From NCBI RefSeq assembly GCF_009914755.1, contig NC_060930.1: a stretch of DNA of 64,000 bases. One strand, 5' to 3'. Source of the DNA: the human T2T-CHM13v2.0 reference genome, Homo sapiens. A program made the position numbers and the translations under genes. The notes beneath the pieces are model-generated. The model had not been told where the DNA came from and did not search any database. It saw only the letters and a program-made list of their open reading frames with translations. Shown piece by piece: positions 13,221-31,393 of this stretch. The number at the start of each line of letters is the position of its first letter. Position 1 is the stretch's first letter.

Positions 13221-15438
13221 GTGAGAATCTTTATCTTTAGATTTAATACAGGTATATCTTATGTCAGTTTTCCTTACTCTTAAAAAAATTATTCAGTTAA
13301 ACTTTAAGACATCTCAATAATGACAGACATTAATTACTGATCTTATTGACACTAGTATCTTACATAGAGTAGATCTCAACAAATGTTTGCTAAATGTATA
13401 TATACATTTAGATAGATTGAATAATCGTTATGATCAGATAATTAGGGCTTTGTAAGAGCAGCAAGGGAACACAAAAGAAAGTGCCCTCATTTGGATTTAG
13501 AAACAGTTAAACTGGTTTCTGAAAGTCTTCAATGTGCTTTATAAGAATTTCACATATATCATTTAATCCTCATGAAAATTTGTGTGGATAGGTATATTTT
13601 CCCCATTTTAAAGGTGAGGAAACTGAGGCTCATACTCCAAAATAATTATATGCCCAAACTTGTCTAGCTAAGATCACATAGTAGTTATTCGAACTAAGGT
13701 TCTTTATTCCAAAGCCCATGCCTTTTCTTCTGTCTGAAAACACATGCTTTGTCTATTTTATTTAGTGTTGTTATTCTGCTTATATGAGGTACTACACAAT
13801 TTAGCAGTTAGTAGTCTTGAAGTTTTTTCAAGAATGTTAAATTTTGTTTCAACACTAGAGCTGGATGTATTATGGCTTCAACTAAATTTTGATTAATTGG
13901 TTAGTTAAAAAGAATGCTCCTGCCAGCTAGTTTCAAAGCTATAGTTCTCTTTCTCTCCATTTCTCTTTCCAGAGTTCTTAAAATATCTTTAGGCCTTAAG
14001 ATTTTCTGTAAGAAATATATTAAAGAGGTATAGCCTTAAACTTTAGAAGCATGTAAAATAAGCTATAGTTAGGCAGAGAAATAAACTTTCCTGTTTTAAT
14101 ATTAAACATTAAAATCTACATCAAGTGCAACAGGCCCTTGAAGGTGGAATTCATATCTTATTTAACGTCATAGGATTCTGCATAATGTCTTACACATAAC
14201 AGATGCTTAATAACTGTTTGTTGAAATGAAAGTGTCTTGTCCTGTTTGTCACATTGCAACTAACTTTTTGATCATGCATATTCTACTTCGGATATCCGTA
14301 ACTTGTATCTTAGGTTTTTTTTCCAAAAAGTATTTTTAGGTAAATTATTTTGAAACTTCCTATTGCTTGCCATTCAGATACACCCTACCACAGAATTAAT
14401 ATGCATAACCAGAATTCCAAATGCTACTGATTTTGTTTGCCAACGTAAGATAAAATTTTACACTTTCTTTTTGAAACAAAAGGACTAGTTAATACCTTTT
14501 TAGATGGATTATGAAGGAAGTAACTCTTTACATCCCTCTACATTCAGTTACTTAAAGAAAACTTAGTAAAGCACCTGAACTTTGTTGGAATGGGAATATT
14601 TGGATGGCTTTGAGGATTAGACTTTTTGTTTGAACATAGCATGCAGCTTTAAGAGTTTCTACAACACTTTGCTCCCATTTCTGAGCTTCCTCAAGGTTAG
14701 TTTATGCCTGTTTAACAGCATTTATTTTCCCTGTGTTTTAACTATTTAAACATTTCTTTACCCAGAGGATAAGCCCCATAAAGTCAGGGACTAGTTGCTC
14801 TTCTCTAGAACTTTGTTCATAGAAATTCTCAATAAACAGTTTCTGAATTGAATAAAAACTATTGGTCTTTTGTGGACTGAAGACTATGCCCATTTCATGA
14901 ACACTTGGAAACAACTAGCAGGCAAGGTTCATCATCAGCTTTAATGTGAAATTGCCAGAACTATACAATGAATAAATGAAAAAATCATGCATTTAGTTAT
15001 TTTCTTTTTGTAATTCCCTTTTATTGGAATATGCATAAGTTGTCACTTAGTTCGTTATGCAAATCTTTTTATTAATGGTAGATTTGGGGGAAAACTTTTT
15101 TAAACACAGAGGATATAAAATGTGTAAGGTCTTTTATGCGTATGGATATTCTGATTGCTTCCTTGAGGAATAACTTTACTCCTGGCTTAGATTTTGGGGA
15201 AGAAAAAATACAGACTTACTTCTGTAAATACATTATATTTATTTAAGATTTGTAAATGATGTATTTCTTATCCTTGAAATTCATCTTTAAATATTAGAAG
15301 GAATTGAGTACTTTGTAATGTGATGTGAAATTTTTAAGATGAAAGTCTTTTCAGAAGTTTAGTGTTATATTTAAAGCCTGATAAGCTTGCTTTTAAAAAT
15401 CTGTTGTAATTCTTTGGATGTTTATTTAATATTTATAG

Positions 15439-15574
15439 GTAGCTCATGAAAAGCTGATGGAGAATGGCAGCTGTGAATTGCATTTTTTAGCTACTCTAGC
15501 TCAAGAGACTGGGGTGTGGAAAAACCCGGTACTGTGCACTATTCTTTCCCAGGAACCATTGGATAAGGATAAAG
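15439..15574 (+). CDS. ZNF292: ZNF292 coding exon 4 (136 nt, VAHEKLMENGSCELHF...EPLDKDK)
   Basis: Acceptor atttatag| and donor AAG|gtaaat. Open frame, phase 1 out. Confidence 0.96.
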
Positions 15575-16664
15575 GTAAATTTTCGAGAGACAGAGAAAAA
15601 AAAGAATAATTAGACTAGAAAAAATAAGTGTTAAAGTTGTTTTGATATAATTTATCTCAAGATATTCCAAAGAAGGACCATTTAATTAAATATCTTCTGA
15701 GGTGTGCTTGAGGCCCTGCGCCTTTATTTTATTTTGGGGAAGATGAATTTATACGATTATAGAATCATAGATTAACAGATAAACTAGAATTTTTTCCCAA
15801 CATCTTTTTAACAGAGGAATTCCTTCTGTAACTTCTGACAGGTGGCAATCCAGTTTATATTTGATAATTTATTTGATAGTTGGGAGAAACAGAAATAGGG
15901 TGCTGAAATGCTTTTCCTCAAAATAAAATAAGAAGTCAGTACTAGAACTCTTTAAGTCTTTTGTCTCTAAGATTAAAATGCTTTCTCAGTTTATTGCTCA
16001 GTCTTATTGTATCCCCTGCGTTTTTCTTTTATGAGCTCAGCCTGGTATCCTATTGAAAGTAGATGGCTAAATTACTTATATGTATAACACTTAATGTTTT
16101 TTAGAGTTTAAAATTTATATAGACCCTGAAGAAAAGTACAGTTGTATTCTAGATACTTTTCTTGAGATTATTTAGGAAAATGTGCCCAAATATCACCCTA
16201 ACCTTTCCCAAGGTATTTAACTAAAGAAGTAAATTTTTTTAAAAAATTGTAATATATCTAATGGAAAAGCATGTATTTACCACTGTAAGCTTCTTCCGTC
16301 ATTTATTGCTGCTTTTCTTGTTGATCAGTGGCAAATTCTAGGAAGTTTTGCTATGTGATAGCAAGTTATGAAGGCCATGAGAAGGGAGTGTTAAGTCTAT
16401 TGCTTGTGAGCTCTTCTGGTACTTTGATATTTACCCAAAGCCTTCCCAGCCAATCTTCAAACTTCTCTTTAGATTGGTTATTCCTACTGGATTTCTGTCT
16501 TCACCATTTTCTCCATGCTTTCTTGATCGTTCTAGCAGTGTACTTGTTTCTTAGTTTTCACAAGAGGTTTATTTTTAGTATCCCCTACCTTCATGGATAT
16601 CCAAAAATTAGCTACAGTGTTCTCGAGACCTTGGAAGGAGATCCTTTCATTACTTAATAATAGT

Positions 16665-16969
16665 AATTTATTTATTTACTTATTTATTGAGACAGAGTCT
16701 TGCCCTGTGGCCCAGGCTAGAGTGCGGTGGTGCGATCATGGCTCACCGCAGCCTCACTTCCAGACTCAAGTGATCCTTTCAGCCTCCTGAGTAGCTGGGA
16801 CTGCAGACACATGCCACCACACTCAGCTAATTTTTGTATTTTTATTTTTTGTAGAGACAGGGTCTCCCTGTGTTACCCAGGCTGGTCTCGAACTCCTGGG
16901 CTCAAGCCATCCTCCCACCTCAGCCTTTCATAGTGTTAGGATTACAGGCATGACTGACCACACCCAGCC
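16665..16969 (-). mobile_element. AluJ
   Basis: (TTTA)n tail and diverged dimer. Confidence 0.92.
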
Positions 16970-19385
16970 TAACAATAAATTTAAAAGTTGAGAATCTTAG
17001 ATTTTTTTTTTTGCCTTGCCATATTAACTTTATTCCCAATAGATTAATACCAGTATGCTTTAGTTCTAGCACCAAATTATACTTTCTGATCTTCTCAGCT
17101 TTTAGAAATATTAGATGTGATATATTAGTAATAATATCAAATTACAAGTTCCTCACAGTTTGGAAAGTGCTTTTATATGCATGGTTTTATTTAACCATCA
17201 TAGTGAATGCTTTGAAAAAGATAGGATCCTTATTGTCCCTGTTTTTCAGATGAGAAAATAGAGGTTCAGAAAGATGAGTATTTTTTTCATACCACATTAC
17301 CAGTGATGAGAGGCAGAGCCAGGAATTAAAATCAGACCTCAGCCTCTCCCTATTAATGCCCTGTTGCATCTAGCCTAATAAAATAGAGTTGCACCTACTC
17401 TAAATAAAGGAGTAACTCCTTTTCCCATTGTCAGTTTCTGAACAGCATTTTGCCAAATTCACATATTATGCTAAAGCAGGAAAAAGGAACCTTTATCCTA
17501 GCAGAGATTTCAACTTTATTTGAAAAGATAATGTGCTTGATTTCTTTACTTGTTTGAATGTGCCTAACATTGTATCTGTTAACCAATGTCTCTGCCCATC
17601 TCTGTGCTGCTTTATTTCTTGACCTTCATCTTGTCATAGCCACTGGAATAATTAGGACTATGCAGCCAGGGGAGTTTTCTGCAAAGTAGATGGATTGTAG
17701 GTAGCCAAACTAATACAATACAGCTCATGAAACAACCAGAGAGATGTTACATGATGGAGAGATTTGCACCCATAATCTAGCCTGCAGCAAGTTTGAAGAG
17801 AATAATAAGAGCCCAGAAAATGAGTATACCTCTATAGGTTATACTCATTCGTTTGTTTATAGTGAAGCCTTTGAAGTTTTGATGTAGTATTTGAACAGTG
17901 AATAATCTGATTAATTCTGAGTTATTTTAGTTTATTTTTTTCAATTGACTGATTTTGGACCTACTAAAGCCCAGCTCAACTGAGAAATACTCTTTGATTT
18001 GGGAGAGTAAGGGTGGACAGGACTCAAAGATACTGGTTTCACTTCAACATTTGAGTATCCTAGAGTGAGGTAGCTCTAATAACTAAACCAATACAAGTCA
18101 AGTAGATGGTTTTGAATATCAAAGGAACTTTAGGCATACTTAAATATTACTTATGCCTCTCTTTAGTCATAATCTTGGGATTGGAAAGGTGCTTAATGCT
18201 CAATTATTTGTTACTCAATTTTAATTCCCCTCTAAAACATCACTAATAAATTAGCTTTTGCTCAAACACTTCTAGAGTATGGTACTTATGTAGTTCAGTC
18301 TATTCTTAGCCTGCGATTAGAAAATCTTCATTGTGAAAATTGTGAAAACTAATTTTTGGAGCTTCCAGCTTTTGGACCTGGTGCTGCCTCTAAAGCCATA
18401 GTAAAGTATAAATCTCTCTTTCACTTGGTAGCAATTGAGATTTTTAAAGATTGCCATCATGTCTACACTTAGTCTTCTTTTCTTTTCTTTAATTTTTTAT
18501 TTTTGTGGATATATAGCAGGTGTACATATTTATGGAAGTCTTCTTTTGTAGACTAAAAACCTTGATGTGGCATGATTATAAATCTACAATCGTGATTCCT
18601 CTTTTTTGAGTGCATTTTATGTTTTTGTAGTTCTCTTAAATGTGTAAATCTCAGCACTTCATCTGTACTCTAAATATGATCTGGCCAGTTTTGAGGTCAG
18701 AGGTATCTTCTTTCTCTTCATGCTAACAATTTATACTTAAGTTAATGTAATGTAAGATGACATTACGTTTTTGGGCAGCCATGTAATTCTCACAACTCAA
18801 TGAGGTTACTAAAATCATTTAAAATTTTTAAAAAATAAATGCTAACTTTTAATTATGTCTTCTCAATCTACGTTTGTATACTTTTTCTTTTGGTGTACAA
18901 GTGTATTACCTTTTTCTTCCTGTGTAATTTTACCATATTAGATCCCTTCTGTCTCCCCAACTTGTCAAGATTCTTTTTAATCCTGATTTTGTTATTCAAG
19001 GATTTTGTCCTTCCCAATTTCCTCTCGTTTTGCAGACTTCATTTTCATATACCATATTGGCATCCAGGTTCTTCATCATAACCATAAAAAGGTCATGTCC
19101 AGAAATCAAGCTTCTGGGATACTTAAAAAAATCTTTCTGCTTGCCTTTAGTTCTTACATCCATATCCGTTGATTATTATTGTTTTATCAAATATACCTAT
19201 TTTCCCATAATGCTGGCCCATGGTTCTCCTTTTCTGTCTAAAGGATTTGGTGAAAGACCATAACAAGTGTTTGTGGCTGTGAAAAACTGGCTGTGACAGT
19301 TTTTCAGACTTTCCTTGTTTTTGACAAATGTTTGGCTAAAGTTCTTTTATGTAAGATTATTCAATACTGAGGTTAGTCTGACCTA

Positions 19386-22400
<3,015 letters not shown>

Positions 22401-23521
22401 AATTTATGTTTAGTGAATTCATCTTGGCTCTTACTAGTCTCACTTCTTTTTCTGAACAATCACAACCCATCTTTTTTAATATAATTAATTTTTAAACTCT
22501 TATTCAGGATTACATCTGTTGCCGTTTCTACAGTTTTGCAAGAAGTACCATCAGCCCCGTTTTGAAAATTACATTTTGCCATCTGTTTTCACTTATTCTA
22601 TGGTGTGTTCTACTCTTAAATCTTAAGCTTATCAAAGAAGTAGAGTAGTAAGAGTAGAAGAAATATACTTTTCTCTGCTATCATAAATAGCACATAATCA
22701 AACCCAAGTAGCAGACTTTCCCAAGAAGGTCTCACCATGCTCAGTTTTATTGTTCTCAGCATTTTTGGTGAGTTAGGTGTCATCTTGGGTTTTACTTTTA
22801 TTAACATTTTGCATAGGTTGTTAGTACCAGGTGTCTGACACTCATGGTGCATCCTTGGTCTTAAACCTGTTTTTCCTTCTTCTGTATGTATTATTTTAAA
22901 ATCTAAGCTCTAAGACAACTCCCTATTATAGTCACACTGAATTTTTTAGGCACTTTCCCTCTACTTCTATATTGGGTTAATTTGCAATTGCATAAATTGC
23001 AGTTTTGTCAGCTTGCCAGTCCTTTCTTGCATCTTGAGCACTGCAGTTCTCTTTTTTCCCCCCAGAACTCTTTTCTTTTCAAAGGAAATTTCTAAAGCTT
23101 TAGATTTTCCATGATACTTACAAATCATTCATGGTTTTGTGGGAAATAAGCCCTTATTTAGTAATAAACTTTGCATTTTAAAGTGAAAATGGAAAAATTG
23201 CTCTTAGTTTGCTAGATATTAGCATACCTAAGATGCAATAATATTTTAGCAGGAGAGGGGATGGGAGGAGAGAGCTAGCGATAACTAATGTTGCCCAGGT
23301 AAATAGGGTGAGGTCAGATCTGATTACATGCAGATTATACCCTACTATTTTATAATTAAATATAAGTATTTAATTATATGACCCAAAGTTTTCAGTTTTA
23401 CTGAAAAGGATTTTTAAACGCACTCTTTGGTTTCTTAAAGCTCCTAGACAAGGACATTATTTTTTAGTGTGTGTATATATATCTATATATCTATATATAT
23501 ATAGATATATAGATATATAGA

Positions 23522-23816
<295 letters not shown>

Positions 23817-24259
23817 TAATGGGTATATTTTATAATGTTACATGGAAAAATCTGTCAGAATTTAGTTAAATCTAATACTCATAATTAAATCTTATTTTAC
23901 GCAAAAATTGTAGCATACTAAGTTCATCTATGATATGAAATACTTTCTAATCTTTGAAAGTTAATTCTATTTCCTGAAAATGTAACATCTTTCTTCAGGA
24001 AAGGGTAAGAGGTGGGGTCAAAGTTGATTATCCCTAATTGGTCATTTGGAAGTTACCATGAGCAGTAGTCTCAATCCTGGCTATAATTAGAATTACCTGG
24101 AGAGGTTTTAGATAGACCAGTGCCAGGGCCCTACCTCATACCGATTAAATTAGACTCTCTGGGCAACCAGTATTCTAGAACTTGAAGCATTGTGTTTTAT
24201 TAAATGTCTTAATTTGGATTTTTTTTTGACCAACAATGCTGAATTGTGTTTTTTTAAAT

Positions 24260-26560
<2,301 letters not shown>

Positions 26561-27272
26561 TAATTGCTGAATTATTTCTAAGAGAGAATACAAATTAAGT
26601 ATTTTTAAAAAGGATAAGTGATCCTTGCTTTGAAAGCAATGGAACCACTAGAAGGTTTTAAACAGGGAAGACAATCAAGTGTGTGCTTTAAAGTAATACC
26701 AGAAGCACCCTGGATTCTAGTGAAGTGATGGAGGTGGTAAGAGTAGATGGAGAAGACTAGTAGATTGCTACGAAGTAGTCTGATTAGTGATTTGGGCTGG
26801 GTTGGGTTGGGTTGGGGGAGCAATATGGAAGTGGAGATGAAGAAGAGTTAATGGAATTGAGTATTTAGGCATTGGAAGTGACACAACTAGGTGATAGATT
26901 GATGTCTGGGTGAAAAGGAGGTAGGAGAGAGCATTTTTAAGGCAGACTCCTAGGTTTCTGCCTTGAGCACAACTGAATAGATGGAAATGTGGAGATGACA
27001 CGTAATGTGGTGTAGAGATATTGTATGCTGAGTTTGAGATGCTTTTGAAACAGCTAGTCAAAGATGCTGCAAATCTGGGCATGAGAATAGGAACCCAGTA
27101 AATGAGTTGACCCCACTTTAGGGGGAATCTAGGACCTAGTGTAACCTGTGGTACATAGTACACAATTAATTCTTGTGTAATTATTTATCACAGAAAATCA
27201 ACTCATATTTTGTATTTAATTATCTTTAATGTAGGAATTAGTGGTTTCCTTTTAATATTATGAAAGTGACAT

Positions 27273-27623
<351 letters not shown>

Positions 27624-30127
27624 TCATTTATTTATATTGCCATGTGAAGTAGTGTTATCTATGTCACATAGCTTTCTTGATAGGCCCAAATATAGTAAAG
27701 CCTGCTTTTCTGTTGAAGTCTGTGAATATAGAGAAAACATAAAAAGGTGACACATGAGTAAAATTATAAATATTTTATACTTTGTGGGATGCTAGTGGGA
27801 AAAGCAGACTAGGGAGTGAAATTTGATACGTCTAAGCTACTCAAAGATAAGTCTGAGAAGCATGAAAACAGTCTTTGTTGCAATATTGTAACATTATAAG
27901 GAAAAACATCTTGGATTGCAGAGAAATAGAAAGATGCAGAGAAGTGGGAAAAAAAAGTAGTGAAGAAGTAGAGGGAGAGAAGTGAGCTTTCAATAGGACT
28001 GAATTGAGTGTAAACCACTTTTGATCCATTTGAATCATGAACTTCAGAATATATAATTATCTTCCTTTAAAGGCTGATGCTACTTCACAGGTTTTTACTG
28101 CTGTAAGGTGCCATTCCAATGAGAAGTAGACCCAGTAGTCAAATAGAAAAAAAAAAATTCTTTTTCTTATCTCACACTGTATAAAGCTAGAAGTCAGAAG
28201 ACTCATTCTACTCCTCGCTATGTCATTAACTGGCTTTATGTCCCTAGGAAGTCACTTGCCTTCTCTGAGCCTCAGTTTACTCATCTGCCAAATGATGGAA
28301 CAGACAAAATGATCTATAAATTTCCTTCTACTCAAATATTCTGTGTATTTTTGAAATCCATTTTGCCCTAAGTGTGGCAGTGGTTTCCCATCATTAAGAG
28401 ACAAACAAAAGCCTATGGCTTTGAAATTTGCAATATTAATATTCTTCTACATTGATTTAATGCAGAAATTACACAATTTGTCGTTCTAACTTAAATGCTG
28501 CTATTTGAGAATGCAGGGCCTGTTTGAGATTGGGACCATCAGTTTTGTGAAATACTTCCCACCTTTAAGTTATTTCTTCACCATGATCTTTTAGAGTGTG
28601 TTGATTGTGACTTTTTTGTGAGAATATTTGCAATAATTCCCAGACTTTGTATCTCTAGAGTTTCCTTTGGAGAAAATTGTTGAATTAGGAAACTAAAGCT
28701 CTTGATAGCCAGAATAACTTTATTATAACTTTGTTTTTTAGTCTTATATTTAAAATCTTTTGCTTTGGCAGTGAACTAAACTGTAACTGCATTGTAATTG
28801 TCCTAATAGGATAATGCAATATTAAAAAAGAAAAGTAATGCCCTTTATCTCATAAAGACATGTAGTCAGAGGCACCAGAAACATATGCTTTATTTATCTG
28901 TGCTTACCCTTTATGCCTTTTAGTGTAATGTAAAGAATAGAGGGTAGCAGGTGAAAAGGTCTAGACTTCAAGAAAAGGATTAGATTTGAGATCTTGTGTT
29001 CTATAGCTTATATGTTTATGGTTTTAATACCAACGAGCCATGATCATAGCATTTTATAGAAGAATCTTTTCTATAGTGGAGTACAGTTAGATCTAAAAAT
29101 GAAAGTACTAGAGGGAAACAAAGGATATTACAAGAAGTAAAGAACATCTCTCATTTTCTGTATTCTAACCTGCAAATTACTTACCAGATGTATCTTTCAG
29201 TCTGTTAACAAGCAGAGAAGATACTGTGTTTTATTCATGGAGCATTTTAAATGTTATTACTAAAAGCCTTCCCAAGGTTTCAGGCTAGCCATTGTCAAAT
29301 AAATTTTTAAACATGATTTCTATTCTGGTAAAGAACACTTAGGAAAAACTTAAACTTGTTAAAACTTAAATTCTCCTTCATAAATACAAAAAATAAAAAT
29401 ATTAATTCTTATTTGTAGATGACCAAACAAGCACTAGGGGATAGTCAGAGGTTTGAACAAAGTAGAAATGTTTTATGCATAAGTGACTGTTTTGAGTTTA
29501 TTCATTGATGTTTTAAAAATAACGACATAAAACCCACAGAAGTTTTATCCTTTGGCAAACTTTTCTCCCATCTTATTTATTTTTCTGTAGATATTTTGAT
29601 TCATTATAAAACATCTATTTTTAAAAGTCAGATTTCAGCTTTGTAAAATGAAAAATATACCATCAGTATTGAACAAAATATTAGTTGAATCTCTTCTTCT
29701 GGAATGTCCCAATAGCTTTTTGTGGTTACTCATCGTGGAAGGTTGTAATGCCCTAGCATTACAGATTTTAGGGATGCTAACTGCTGGTGTTGAAGAATAA
29801 CTGCTGTAGGAAAAAAAATTAGTGTAATTTTAATAACATTGACTATTAGCATTTAACACAGAACTATTTTCATCATCAACAAGTTTATTCAGCTCATTCT
29901 AAATGGTCCCTTATATAAGGGCCAAAAGTACTTAACTTTTAAAAGTTAGCAATATAATCTCTTCTTGCTTATAAGGTCAAGTCTTTTGTGATAGCCTTAC
30001 TAGCAATAATAGAAAATTGAAAAAAAGCATTTTAGTTCCCGTGTTTAAAAATATTTCTTATAAGTGTTGGTATTGCAAATGAATTATTACCAAATGTTAA
30101 TAATCTATTATGTCTTGTTTTTTAAAG

Positions 30128-30330
30128 TGAATGAATTTTTAGCTTTTGAGGGTCCCATCTTGTTGGATATGAGAATTAAACATCTAATCAAAACAAATCA
30201 GTTAAGTCAAGCAACTGCTCTAGCAAAGCTGTGTTCTGACCATCCAGAGATTGGCATAAAAGGTAGTTTTAAGCAAACTTACCTTGTCTGTCTTTGTACA
30301 TCATCACCAAATGGAAAGTTAATCGAAGAG
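30128..30330 (+). CDS. ZNF292: ZNF292 coding exon 5 (203 nt, VNEFLAFEGPILLDMRIKHL...NGKLIEE)
   Basis: Acceptor cttgttttttaaag| and donor GAG|gtgagt. Lies inside ORF-track entry 30064..30372. Completes G-TG (Val) from exon 4. Confidence 0.96.
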
Positions 30331-31078
30331 GTGAGTATGTTTTCTTTCATTAGTAATTATTTTTTAAGTTGAGAAATTAATTTTTAATTAGAATGTCTTT
30401 GATTTCCTTTTCTCTTAGATAGCGAAGAGATCATTGTCAATCTTACATTTTTGGTATGTTCTTGAGTGGTGGCAACTTGATTCTAAGTAGCTTTTAGAAT
30501 TATATGTAAACTGATTGCACCTAGTTTCTGTTTTAAATAATATACATCTTTTAAATGCTTTGGCTAAATTGTGGGAAAGATAGTGGTGGCTTAACAGTTT
30601 AGTAAAATATCTATATTTGTCAGCTTTTGGCCTTAACTTCAATCTTGTCTGACATCAAGATACTTGCACATCTTTTAAACTGGCTAATTTAAGTAACTTT
30701 ATAGAATTTTTGTGACTTATCTCTGGAAATACTTTGTCATATAAATTCTATATAGAATATATATATGCACATCTATGCTATATATCATTTTGAGTACGTA
30801 TTTATTTGCCTATTTAATGTAAAACCTTATTTTCTCTCTGAGACATTGTCTTTTCACTTCTAGTTTGGTATAAAGCATAGTATTCACATATTTGTATAGT
30901 TTATGACTACAAAATTCTGAGAATGGAATCATGATCCAAATGGGAATTTTGCAATTTTGCATTTTGAGGGACTTACAATTTCAAAAGGAAGTTGGAAACA
31001 GGGTAGGAGAATTAGAAGTTGTTGATCAAGAAACAGGGCGTGTATATTTAAAGAATTTAGATAAAACTATACTAGATT

Positions 31079-31393
<315 letters not shown>

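Larger units (their letters stand above)
12768..15574 (+). ncRNA. circZNF292: circZNF292 back-splice unit (exons 2-4, 370 nt spliced; longer forms may add the 7317 exon or retain introns)
   Basis: Established knowledge that ZNF292 exons 2-4 circularise. The sequence shows a tight exon cluster between long introns, with inverted Alus at 7410 (+) and 16665 (-). Confidence 0.7.

Noticed and set aside
17819-17849. Short hairpins (also 33928-33953 and 58755-58772)
   Set aside because: Stems of 8-13 bp in AT-rich DNA are plausible by chance or local template switching; they match no RNA family I recognise.
30064-30372. Stand-alone 102-aa ORF
   Set aside because: It is exon 5 plus flanking intron read-through.
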